Assembly (NCBI GenBank): GCA_000092065.1
Contig: CP000591.1
Strand: one strand, 5' to 3'
From: Ostreococcus lucimarinus
Taxonomy: Eukaryota
DNA: 64,000 bases
The notes beneath the pieces were generated by a model that was not told where the DNA came from, searched no databases, and was given only the letters and a program-made list of their open reading frames with translations. This document shows positions 1-11,200 of this stretch, piece by piece (position 1 is the stretch's first letter; each line of letters starts with the position of its first letter). A program made the translations under genes and the position numbers.

Positions 1-16
1 TTAAATGAATGAGAGA

Positions 17-1531
17 TTACGCGCTCGGGCTCGTCGTCGCGTCGAGGCGTTCGCCGGAAGCGGGCACCAAGCCGATGGCGCCGACGTTTGGTTCGAGAAT
101 CTTACCGCATCCCAGGCACGTGTCGCCGTCGTAAAACACCGCATATTGCCCGGGCGCTAAGCCTTGGTCGTCCTGGCCTATATTCACCTCTCCGCACCGC
201 TCGCCGTCGACGTCTTTGAATTGGAACGAGCACGCGTAAATGTTTTCGCCGTGACGAACCTTGACGCGCAAACCTTCGATGCTCTCCAACGGTGGTTCTT
301 GGCCGGATATCCAGTTGAAACCCGCCACGGTGAAAGTATCGCGCGCTTTGTCGAGCGAATAATAATCACGCGTGACGTACACGATGTTATTAACGCAATC
401 TTTGCCCGCGACGTACCACGGACCGCCGTGCAGAAAGAGTCCGCTCCGCTGACCGATGGTGTGAAACCAATACGCGCGATGCTTGCCGAGCACTTTTCCG
501 GACTCGACTTCTATGATATCACCCGGCATCTCCCCTAAATGCTCTGCGATGAACTCACTAAACTTGACCTTTCCTAAAAAGCAAATCCCTTGCGAATCCT
601 TGCGCCCGGCGTTCGGCAACTCGGCCGACGCAGCCAACGCGCGAATCTCTGCCTTCGGCATACCCCCCACCGGAAAGCACACGCTTCCGAGTTGCTCTTG
701 ACTCAAATCCGCCAAAAAGTACGTTTGATCTTTGAACGTATCGCCTGACATCACCAACCTCGCCAGCTCTCCAACGTCGGCGCGCTCCACCGCCGCGTAG
801 TGCCCGCTCGCCACTCGATCAAACTCGCCGGGATGCGTTCGCGCCAGCCACTCGCGAAACGCCCCAAACTTCACTCTACTATTGCACAACACGTCTGGGT
901 TCGGCGTTCGCCCTTTGCGTATCTCCTCCACGCTATCCTTCACCACCAAGTTCCAATACTCATCCGTCAGCGGCACCGTCTCCAGCGGCACGCCCACGCG
1001 CTCGCACACCGACTCCGCCACGCGCAGATCCTCCTCCCACGGGCACTGATCCCACGTGTTTCGAAAGTCCTCCTGAAACCAAATCTGAAGATAGAACGCG
1101 ACGCATTCGTGGCCGGCGGCGCGCAAGAGCGCCAGCGCGACGGAGCTATCGACGCCGCCGCTCAGCAGCACGGCGACGCGCAGCGGCTTCGCCCCGGGCT
1201 CGGCCAGACGCAGCGCGCGTGGATCCAATGGGGTCCAATCGAACGCGGCGCTCGCGCGCGGGCGCGAGAGGCGCGATGCGCGAGCGGCGCGCGAGCGTTT
1301 CGGTCGCGAATTCGACCGGCGGCGGCTGACGTTCGACGTCGACGCCGACGCGTCGGCGCCCGCGGACGCGACGCGCGCGCTCGAAAACATCGACCGTGCT
1401 CGTACGAACGCGCGCGCGGCGTCCACGGCGTCGCGCGGTGGACTGAGGGACGTACGCTCGCGAGTCGCGCGAGTCGCGCTCTGGCGTCGAGCGGTCGCGG
1501 TCGACGCGTCGACTGAATGCGTCGATAACAA
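17..1531 (-). CDS. TRMU: tRNA-specific 2-thiouridylase (MnmA/TRMU family), organelle-targeted; true start may be the internal Met near 1393
   Basis: PP-loop ATPase motif VAVLLSGGVDSSVALALL, conserved downstream motifs (GHYA, ICFLG, YVTRD); N-terminal Arg/Ser-rich presequence; stop codon at 17-19. Confidence 0.85.
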   Translation of the reverse strand: MLSTHSVDASTATARRQSATRATRERTSLSPPRDAVDAARAFVRARSMFSSARVASAGADASASTSNVSRRRSNSRPKRSRAARASRLSRPRASAAFDWTPLDPRALRLAEPGAKPLRVAVLLSGGVDSSVALALLRAAGHECVAFYLQIWFQEDFRNTWDQCPWEEDLRVAESVCERVGVPLETVPLTDEYWNLVVKDSVEEIRKGRTPNPDVLCNSRVKFGAFREWLARTHPGEFDRVASGHYAAVERADVGELARLVMSGDTFKDQTYFLADLSQEQLGSVCFPVGGMPKAEIRALAASAELPNAGRKDSQGICFLGKVKFSEFIAEHLGEMPGDIIEVESGKVLGKHRAYWFHTIGQRSGLFLHGGPWYVAGKDCVNNIVYVTRDYYSLDKARDTFTVAGFNWISGQEPPLESIEGLRVKVRHGENIYACSFQFKDVDGERCGEVNIGQDDQGLAPGQYAVFYDGDTCLGCGKILEPNVGAIGLVPASGERLDATTSPSA

Positions 1532-1552
1532 CGGGTCTAAGATGACGTGAGA

Positions 1553-3757
1553 TCAAACGGTGTGCGCGATGCGTAAGGACTCGTGGTCCATGAAATCTGC
1601 CAAGCCAGGGATCGGGTTGGGGTGCCGGCGGATGGCTTCGCGTAGCTCCTCCGGCTCGACGACGAAGACGATGTTCTTGTACTCCTTCAAAGCCGCGCCC
1701 CTGACGCCTGAACCGGACTTGTGCGCCGTAGCGATGCCGAGCGTGAGTAAATTTTCAAAAGCTCGAACGAGGACAGAGCGCGAAGAGTCTTTGGCGTGCG
1801 TGAGCTGCTCTCGAGATCCCATCTCTCTGAACTCTTGCGCGAGCGCCTCGAATGTGAAGGAAGGACGCTTTCGCGCAACGTGCATTCTGTACATTGCGAC
1901 GCAGAGTAGCAGCTCCAAAGTCGTAGCGCCGATGAGTGAATCTACGAATGGATTCCTATATAGACTGTCCACGGCCTCGACGATATCATTGCTCGTTATC
2001 TTCCCGAGCTGACGGTTAACGCGCGAGAGAATCGCGCACGCCACTTTACTTACAGACGCCGGCGTGTTCTCCAAACGACCGTAGTGCTCGAGCTTTTCCT
2101 TCACCACAGGACTTTGCATCGCGGCGCGAAGATGCAAGTTCCACTGTTGCACATAGTCCGGATCGCTCGGGCACAAGTATTTGTCCTTGTCGGAAAGCTT
2201 GAGTGCCTTTGTCACGCCCTCCACCATGGACACCGTGTTCCCAGGCGGCGCGACGACGATGCGTCGATTGGAGAAACGAGATGCGACACGCTTTTCGAGC
2301 AGTCTATCGACACTGTGTCTGCACGTCACACCAACGACAGCGGCCTGCACGGTGGATTGCTGGAGTAAATCTGTGATGGCGTACAGAAGCGTTTGCTTCG
2401 AGCGCATCGCAAAGAGCTCAAAATCATCGAGGACGAAGATGACGCCGCGCTGTCCACCCAACAGCTTCAGCATCTCCGTCATGAAAGCAACGTTTTCCGC
2501 AAAACCAGTCTGGCGACCGGTGACATCCTCATTCATATTGGGGCACAACTGCGAGGCAATCTTCTGCATTGCGATGCGTTCGTCAGCGTGAAGCAAACCG
2601 CTAAGATGGACTGTCACAACCTTGCCCGGATGCTTGCTCTCCAAAATCTTCAACGCGGAGTCTAAGACGAGCGATTTCCCACTTCCTCGATTACCCACCA
2701 TGAGGACGGAGTTGTTTTGACCGCCAGACACCGTGTCTTCGAGGATGTTCAACAAGTGGTCTCGATGCGCCTTCAAGTTTGGCGCAAACTCCAAGCCGTC
2801 GGCGTCGATCGGGCGTTCACGATTGACGCCGAACAGGCGACGCCGCAAGAGTCGAATCGCCGCATCACCACCTCGCTCGCACGGTGGCTCGACTTCCTCT
2901 TTACGCGCTGCCAAGACTAAATCGAGCCCAGTCGGGGCGTCGCACAGCGCCGCCGAATCCAGTACTTGCGTGCCTCCGGCGTAATCATCCTCGTAACACT
3001 GCGTTCCACCATCGTCTTCGTCGAATTCCTCCGTCTCCGCCTCGGACTCGCTCTCGCAATCCGAGCCCAATCCCGCCACGACGTCGTCCACGCGACCGAA
3101 AATAGTCGGACTCGCCATCGAACCGCCAATGTTTGGCGAAAACGCCGCGCTCGCGCCGCCGCTCTTCCCCGGCGTCACCCTGAATTCCCGTTTTCTCCCG
3201 CTCGTCGACGGCGGCGACGTCCTTTTCACTCGATCCATCCTCGGCGTTCCATCACCCGCCGCGTCGTCGACATCGAAATCGATATTCTTCACCGGCAGCC
3301 CGCTCGAGCCCTTCTTCCTCGCGCGTTCGCCGTCCTCCGCCGCCGTCGCCGTCTCGCCCCCATCCTCCCCGAGCGACTCTCCCGCCGCCCCTTTCGCGCC
3401 ATTCATTATGTTTTCAACCTCTTTCAGCACCATCCCTCGCCGCTTCGCCGTCGTTCGACCGATCGTCGCCGCGACGGTTTCGCCGCCGCTCGCCGTCCCC
3501 GTCGTCGCCGTCCCCCCCATCCTCTCCCCGCGCTCGCCCGCGTCGCGCCCCGCCGCGGACGCCACGGGTGTCGTCGATCCTCGTCGACGCTTTCCCGCCG
3601 TCGTCGCCGCTCGCGGCGCGTCGTCGTCGTTTAAGACGTCGTCGTCGTCGAACGCGCGGTCGGCGTCGTCATCGTCGCGTCGCGCGCGCGCGCGCGCTCG
3701 ATCGCTGAACACGGTGCGCGCGACGGAACCGAACAAGCCCTGGATCGCGCTCTGCAT
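1553..3757 (-). CDS. ORC4: Origin recognition complex subunit 4 (AAA+), with about 300-aa acidic low-complexity N-terminal extension
   Basis: Walker A GNRGSGKS, block QTLLYAITDLLQ, LEKRVASRFS, collinear with metazoan ORC4 over about 430 aa. Confidence 0.8.
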   Translation of the reverse strand: MQSAIQGLFGSVARTVFSDRARARARRDDDDADRAFDDDDVLNDDDAPRAATTAGKRRRGSTTPVASAAGRDAGERGERMGGTATTGTASGGETVAATIGRTTAKRRGMVLKEVENIMNGAKGAAGESLGEDGGETATAAEDGERARKKGSSGLPVKNIDFDVDDAAGDGTPRMDRVKRTSPPSTSGRKREFRVTPGKSGGASAAFSPNIGGSMASPTIFGRVDDVVAGLGSDCESESEAETEEFDEDDGGTQCYEDDYAGGTQVLDSAALCDAPTGLDLVLAARKEEVEPPCERGGDAAIRLLRRRLFGVNRERPIDADGLEFAPNLKAHRDHLLNILEDTVSGGQNNSVLMVGNRGSGKSLVLDSALKILESKHPGKVVTVHLSGLLHADERIAMQKIASQLCPNMNEDVTGRQTGFAENVAFMTEMLKLLGGQRGVIFVLDDFELFAMRSKQTLLYAITDLLQQSTVQAAVVGVTCRHSVDRLLEKRVASRFSNRRIVVAPPGNTVSMVEGVTKALKLSDKDKYLCPSDPDYVQQWNLHLRAAMQSPVVKEKLEHYGRLENTPASVSKVACAILSRVNRQLGKITSNDIVEAVDSLYRNPFVDSLIGATTLELLLCVAMYRMHVARKRPSFTFEALAQEFREMGSREQLTHAKDSSRSVLVRAFENLLTLGIATAHKSGSGVRGAALKEYKNIVFVVEPEELREAIRRHPNPIPGLADFMDHESLRIAHTV

Positions 3758-4001
3758 CGCCGCGACCGAAGGCGCGGCGGCGCGCGGGCGTGTGACGCGC
3801 GATGGCGATCGACCACGGCTGTCGGAAAATTTGAAATTTCGGCGTCGAGGCGAGACGGACGCCGGCGAGGCGAGACGGACGACGACGCGATCGCGACGCG
3901 GAGACGCGAGGGATAAATAAGAAGAGCAATTAACAATGAATCATCAACGCGCGGGTGCGGGTGGGGCGAAGGAGGCGAAGGCGAAGGCGACGACGGACGC
4001 G

Positions 4002-5114
4002 TCAGTCGTCTTCGCGAGCGGCGGCGACGAGCTTTTCAATCTCTCTCGATACGAGCTCGAACGAGGTGAACGTGATCGCCGCGGCGGGAGTGGTGCGGAT
4101 GAGGTTGGTGGCGCATCCGCGATAGAAGGCGGCGACGCCGCCTTCGAGGTAAATTCGACGTACGAGGGCGCCGATGCCGCTAAACGGACCGAGACCGTGC
4201 ACGTGCATGTGCGAACGGATCACCTCGTGTGGGTACGTCAACGTCGACGCGATCATCTTTGCGATCGCGCTGGCGACCATGAGATCTATGGGCTCGATCT
4301 TATTCACCGCCACCTCGCGCTCTCTCGCGAGCTCAACTTTGATGGATTCGTAGAGCGGAAACTGAATGATGACGTGCGCGATGCCAATCAATGAAGGGCC
4401 AAAGCCGCTGTACAGCCCTTTCAAGCCCTCTTCGCGCATCATTCTCGTCAGAGCGTTTATCGTTGACGTGTACGGCACGCGCTTGGGCATCGCCGACGCC
4501 AACGCGTGCGAGTGCTGCACCTGCAAACGCGTCTTCGCCACCCACAACGGATTGGTCACGAAAATCGTCGCCGCGCCCGCCCCGGCGGCGGCTAAGATGT
4601 GCGCAAAATGATTTGCATCCGCAACTTTCACGACGCGTTCTCCATCGCTCGCGCCTTCACCGTCACGGACAATCGCCGTCTCGCCGACGCCTCGTCTACT
4701 AAAAATCCGCTTCAGCGCGCCGTACGTGCTAAAATACACCCCCCAATTCGGCAGCAGCGCCGCGACCGTCGGTCCCAGTCCCCTATACAGCCCTCTCGCG
4801 CCTTCGTGTCGCACGATTCGCCGCAACGCGCCGTACGTGCTCAGGTACTCTGTCGTCCCCGTGGTCGCCGCGCTCACCTGCAGCCTCGTCTTCAGGACGT
4901 CCAACGGGCACACCACAGTCGCCGCCACCGTCCCCGCGATCGCGCCGGAGAACCCATTCGCGAAGGCTTTATCGCTCAGCAGCGCGAGCGCGCTCGGGGG
5001 CGCGCCTCGCGCGAGGTTTCGATAAAAGTTTGTCGCGTGCTGCGGGTTCGCAAAGGCGTCGACGTCGGGCGACGACGTGGACGCGCGCGCGTTCGCGGCG
5101 TCGCGACGCGTCAT
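4002..5114 (-). CDS. Mitochondrial carrier family (SLC25) protein, NAD/pyrimidine-nucleotide/folate carrier-like subfamily
   Basis: Three carrier repeats with signatures PLDVLKTRLQV, NPLWVAKTRLQVQ, TYPHEVIRSHM; about 370 aa. Confidence 0.85.
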   Translation of the reverse strand: MTRRDAANARASTSSPDVDAFANPQHATNFYRNLARGAPPSALALLSDKAFANGFSGAIAGTVAATVVCPLDVLKTRLQVSAATTGTTEYLSTYGALRRIVRHEGARGLYRGLGPTVAALLPNWGVYFSTYGALKRIFSRRGVGETAIVRDGEGASDGERVVKVADANHFAHILAAAGAGAATIFVTNPLWVAKTRLQVQHSHALASAMPKRVPYTSTINALTRMMREEGLKGLYSGFGPSLIGIAHVIIQFPLYESIKVELAREREVAVNKIEPIDLMVASAIAKMIASTLTYPHEVIRSHMHVHGLGPFSGIGALVRRIYLEGGVAAFYRGCATNLIRTTPAAAITFTSFELVSREIEKLVAAAREDD

Positions 5115-5286
5115 GAATCGCGCGCCGCGACGCGTTCGGCGTTCGAGATCGCTCGGCGGCGATGCGCACCGATCGCCGCGCCGAGGTCTGGAGAATGAGT
5201 CGGCGCGCGCGGGGTCTTTGGGTCGGCGACGCGGCGCGGCGAAAATCGCTTCTGCTATTGCAAATCTACGTTTATGTGCGGTGTGA

Positions 5287-8200
5287 TCAACCGCGAGTCG
5301 TCGCTACGTTGCGGTTGGATTGCACCCAATCCACGGTGTCGCGCAAGATTTTGAAATCGTGCGCGTCGGCGATGTTGGAAAAGACGCGCAAGTCGTCGCC
5401 GAGCGCGCCGGGCTTGGCGGAGCACGCGTACAAACCGCCGCAGGCGCAGCGATTGGCGAGATGTCCCACCTTGATGCGGCCGTCGCGCGCGCATTTGAGG
5501 TCTTGAAGCTGATATTTTCGAACGCGCTCGTTCACCTCGGCGACGAGAGCGCCTTCGATCCATTGCATGTCGTACGGTTGACCGCACGGCGGGCCGTGAT
5601 CGTCGTCGCGCGCCGTGCACGCCCAGTGACCGGCGGCGAGGTCTGGGTCACGGCAGAGATCCAAGTCTCTGCAATCAGAGCAAGCGGAGCAAATAACGTC
5701 TCGGAGCGTAAAAGAGACGCATGGCTCGACGAACTCTGCCTCAGGGGAGAATTCGGCGACTTGAATCATCTTGAGCGCGTTTCGTCGGAGCAACGACACC
5801 GGACCCTCGACGCGAGCGTCGAGCGACAACACGGCAATCACCGTTCTCACAAACGCCAACGCTGGCGTGCCACGAAGCTTCTTGGACAGGTTTGCGCCAG
5901 GTGGCGAAGGGAATTGGTGCTCGGGCGGCGAGCGCGGACCGGCGAGTCCGAGGACTCGTTGGATATCCTGTGCGTAACGCAGCAATTTCGGCCCGAAGTG
6001 CGATTCGAGTTGTTGCTCCAACCAAATCACCTTGTCTTCTTCCAGGCGATCCAAGTCGCGCGCGTTGTGACCAAAGCCCGGGGTCGGTGGTGGTTTCTTC
6101 TCCACCGGAGCTCCGACGTCAGAATCCGAGTTCTCTTCGTCCGAATCGTCGCTGTCGCTCATAGCGCGGTACTTCACGGGCGTGCGCCCGTGCAATGGAC
6201 CGTCGCTTTCCTCCTTGTCGTGCTTCCAAGGCAACAATAAGAACTCGCCGATTATGGCGTGAAAGTGATCTTGAATCGCCTCGGGTAGGAATCGTGCGAT
6301 GTTCCAGTGCATGTCCAGCGCACCTTCACTATTGCGCGTGGCAAGAGGGTCGAGTTGCGAGTCATGCGGCGCGATGGAGTCGTGCCACTGGCTCTCGCCC
6401 GGAAGGTTGACGGCGGAAATCCCGGCGTAATCGAACGGTCCACGAAACAGAAGCGAGTGCCATTGCTTGACTCGATCGAGTTGCAGCCATGAGAAGAGTT
6501 CACGCTGGTGCAGGGCAGTCTTGAGACCTTCCACGCATGCGGAAGCACTCGCGAGATCGTGCTTGCCAGTCGCGATGATGATTCTTCGCATGTCCGCGTA
6601 CACGACTTCGACTTGAAGCTTGCGAAGTTCAGCCAACAGCAAGGTGAAGACTTTCTTCATGCAGAGCTCGACCAAGTTCTTCAACGCCGGATCGCGCAAC
6701 GCCGAAGACGGGCTAAAGAGCCAGCGATGAATCTGCGAAAGCAATTGATCCGCGTATGTATTGTGATGATCAGTTGCGTCGCGGAGCCAATTATCGACGA
6801 GCTTGTTCAGCGTCTTGAACGCGCCCGCAGCTTCGTGTCCGCCCATGCGCGTCGTGCCCTTGGTGCCAGTCTCGAAGCCCAACAGTGCGCCTTGCTCGAG
6901 ATCGTTCAAAATGCTAGACTTGGAAATGGCGCACACAGCCAAGTGATGCACTTGCAATTCCACACAAACGCTGCGATAAGCGCCGGGCGCGGTGACTTCC
7001 ATGCGCGACGCACCGTATGCATCGTCCAATCCGCTCAGAGACACGGCGCTCGCGCCGCCACCCAAATCAGGCTCGCCACCGGGGCCAGTCCACAACACCT
7101 GTTCGGCGTCGTGCAATGTGCGGGCGAAGAACGCGTCCGCGGTGTGCACCCACCAATCCGATTTCAAGTTGCCCACGGGGATGTGCGCATAACTCGCAAT
7201 CTCGACGTGCTCCTTCAACCACTCGGCGCTTTCGACGACGCGCGCCGAAGCAATTTTCGCGGCATCAAGTTGCCATCCCCGGGCTGCATCTGTGCTCAAG
7301 TCACTGTCCGAAAGATTTGGCGGCCTGAAAACGATGGGAAGACGTCCAGAGGCGGGCATCAAGGCGCTCAATCTCCCAGCCAAACCTTCTCGCACGGACG
7401 AAGTGTCTTGAGCCGGATCGACGCCGGCGCCTGGGGGAGCTTGAACGAGAAGCACCGTACCACCGCTAGATGCGGAAATGTAGGCGCCGATAGCGTGGTT
7501 CAAATGCTTGCCAACTTGTTCCATGTTTCTCGCGTACAACACGTTCCATTTCGAGGCGGCTTCTGCTCTCGCTTCGTCGTCAGTTTGCTCGTCTCCGCTC
7601 ATCGAGTGCATAAACGACGACCAAAGCTCGGGGGTGACCTCTCGAACACCTTTACCCGGTTGATGAACGATCACCGTGCCTTTGCTTTCGCGGCTGTTGT
7701 GCAGCACGTAAATTCCACGTCCTTTATCACCAGAAACTCCAGCAAAGTAGAACGTGATGTGGGACAATTTCGGCAAATACGAGCTGACTTCAGCCGTCGC
7801 CTTCATTTGAAACATGTTCATGCCATAGGACTCGTCGCCAATATCGAGCGCTCGCTTTTGTTCCGACTTTTTCACCGCCATGACGCAACCGATGTTGTAA
7901 ATGAATCTATCAATCAAAGGCACGTTCTTTTCGTATACGCCGATGACAGACGGGTCTGCCAAAAGCGCAGCAATTTCCAACCCACTCGCGAAATTTCGCT
8001 CTTGCACGTTAATTTCGTACAAGTGGGGCGCGATGAAACCGCGCGGAAGAGTTGCCGTGATTCGTCGCTTTCCTTCCAAGCCGAGATCGCCTTCGCGATC
8101 CGTTTCGCGCGTGGCGATGACGAGGCGACGGGGCACGTCCACCTTGATGACTTGCATCGTACCGTTCACTAGCACCCAGACGGCAAAAATTCCTGGGACT

Positions 8201-11200
8201 TGCGTTTGTTCCACCTGGATGATGTGCATCGTCGAGTGTGCGATCGTTTCCTCGCGTGATTCCACAAAGGATTCGAGACCGAATGCACCCGATCGTCTCT
8301 TTCTTCGCATGACGCCTCCCTCGCGTTCAATCTGAGCTCGCTCTTTTTCGTCCTCGACGCGTTCGCGCTTGATATTTGCGCGCAGAGTTTTCCATTTGGA
8401 TTTGTAATGCTTCAACCAGCCGTCGTAATCGGTCGCTCTGTCCGGTGCCGCCGCGCTAGCGCTGGCCGAACCTGGAGTCTTCGGCGCTTCTCCAGAAGGC
8501 GTCGCCCGTTGGTCCGGCGTTTGCGGTGCATCACCATCTCTTCGAAACGTTCTAACGCGCGGACGAGTTGGCGTCGACTTGGCGCCGCCGTCCTCGATGT
8601 CGAGAATATTCAAATCTTTACCCGCAAGCGGCGCACCATTCGCGAATTGCGTCTGAAACATCGTCTTCAAGTTGCGCTGAGAAAACTTGTCATTCTTTTC
8701 TCGAATGCGCTTGTGCAACCAATCGGGATGCTTCACGTCTGGGCATGGGTTTTCTACGCCCTGTAAAGCCGCAGGGATGCTGATGATTTTCTGAATGGCC
8801 CCAGCAAGACGCGTCTTGTAGTATTCCCAATCCACCATCTCGCGCATGTTTGGCATTTCGTCGTCGGCGCCTGGAAGCGCGTCCTTGGTCCACTCCTTCA
8901 AGTATGCGCGCGCCACGGCCGTTTCGGCGTTGAAAATACTCACTGGAATAGCCCGTGCCGACGTCGGAGCTCCGAGCGGTTTCTTCGAGATGATGTACTT
9001 ACACACAAGACCCTTGTCCTTAATCAAATCGGCGCCGAGGAATTGGGACAGACGATGCGCTGTGGTGAGAGACGTCGACTTGCGATCGCCGTAATCGATG
9101 GCGGGTTTGCTCATGACGCTCGATTCAGAAATGAACTCTAAGAGCTCTTCGTCGTCAAAGTTCCTGCCTTGCGTTTTGAGCATGTCAAACCAACGATTGC
9201 CGATGTTTCCGACAGCTTTGTACACCTCTTCCAGCGTCTCGCCCTTCAAAAAGTAGTCAAACACCTCCGCTTGGAAGACTTTGATCAACTTGAGCTCGCC
9301 TCGACGCTTGAGTTCGAATCCTTTCAATTCTTCCAACGAGCCGTCCTCGTTGAACACGGCGTATCGTTTTTTAATGAGCACGCCCTCTTCCTTAGAAGCT
9401 GGAAGAATCATCGCCTTATACGGACCGTCGACTTCAAACTCGATGCTCATTTCTGAGGAAACCTCGTACGAGGACTTGCCATCGACCACCTTCAACGTTT
9501 GGTACTGGTCGTTCGTATTCTGCAGCGCAGTCATACGATTGAGAACGACGCACGGGTACGAAATCTTGTATCCTTTGTTCTTATTTGGGAGCGTAAACGT
9601 GAATGTCTCCGGGAAAGCGCGGGGCAAGCAGCACCAAATACCATCCGTATCCAATTCAAGCGGCTTGCCGATGTCATCCACCAGTTGCTTCGCCATTTGA
9701 ATAATCTTTGCACCTGTGTTCGTGACGACCCCAGCCATCTCCATCGAATACCACCGCGCGCCTTTACGCATGACGTAGCCGTAAAAGGAGTTCAAAATAC
9801 ACTTGTGCGCCAGCTGAAGCGAATCATACAACACAACCATATTTGCCGCCTTTTGGATTTCGATGATGTTCCCGCTCTGTTTCGCTTCGTCCAAATTGTT
9901 CTTCCACTTCTTATTCTCCCCTTTGTACACGTAGCGACGATCACGAAACGCCTTCACGGTGTCGATGTAGAATGGGTTTTCTCGCATGCAGATACTCGCC
10001 TTTTTCGTCGCCGTCACCGGTTTCTCCATAACCTTTCTATAAACTTTTTGCGTATACAACTTCAGGCGCTGCTTCTTCTGCTCTTGTTGCTCTTCGTACG
10101 GAAGTTCAGCCCACGTTCGTTGTGGGCCACCGGGATGAGACGGCGCAAACTTATCAACTTGCAATTGCGCCTTGATGGCGGCATACTCGCTCGACGTCGA
10201 GGCAAAGTGCTCGCCGCGCCAAACCCATTCCATCTCACGCAGGCATCCCTTACCCGGTCGGTTGTAATCGCACGCGGCGCATACATCCTCATTGACGATA
10301 GCCGCCGGCTGCAAGCGGTTCGTCAAAATAATGTTCGGGTACATTGCTGCTACGTCCAAGTGATAAATCAGCGGTTCCATGTTCAAATTTGGGTTGTCGC
10401 GAAGGTACTCGAGCTTCTCGGCGATTTGCGCACGAATCTCATCGTAATCTGCGCAGTCATCCTTCCCCAGACCTTTTCCTTCGACCCGAAGGGCGTAGTC
10501 CAAATCGTCGTCGAGATTGTCAAGTAGTCTCTGATACCCTTCTGGATTCAACTTGAAGTCGCACGGGATGTCTGAACGGAACACGCCCGCCTCGAGACAC
10601 TCCACGTGACCGCCGATGTACGTTTCACTATTCAAGAGGTGACCTTCGTAGTATTTTTCACCGGCGCTGACTTGTTTGTTCGGGCAAACGATGTTTCCGT
10701 GGTACGCCTCAACCATGAGCAAAGCCTCGCACAGGGTACCGGAACCTTTGCGAAGGACTTCGTCCGGCGAGAGCGGAATAATCGTCGACAGCGCAAAGAT
10801 GAAAGGGTGCACGTACTTCATGTACAAGTAGTACGTACTCACGGCATCGGAAACGGAATACGACGCCATCATCTGAGGGTGACTTTGCGCGTACGGTAAC
10901 ATGTCTTCCGGGTCCACTTCGACCGGATCGTACTTTAACTTTGCCTTGGTCACCGCCTTCAAGCCGTGCGATCCGGCGGGGAGGTAGGAATCGCGCTTCA
11001 CCCACGCGAAGCAATCCAGGTGCAGCGCAGAATTACTTCGACATTCACCCGACTGTTCGCACTTGAAACCAATCTCACGGTACATATCCATCCCGTTCTT
11101 AGTCGCTCTAGTTTCGATGAATGGGAAATCGAAATAATCACCGTTGTACGTGACGTAAATGCTCGGTTGCGTCTCGCGCATATGATCAAACCACGTGCGG

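Noticed and set aside
6508-8172. 554-aa plus-strand ORF (and similar 9499-10527, 11446-12822)
   Set aside because: Antisense to the strongly supported POLE CDS; composition-driven ORFs typical of high-GC DNA
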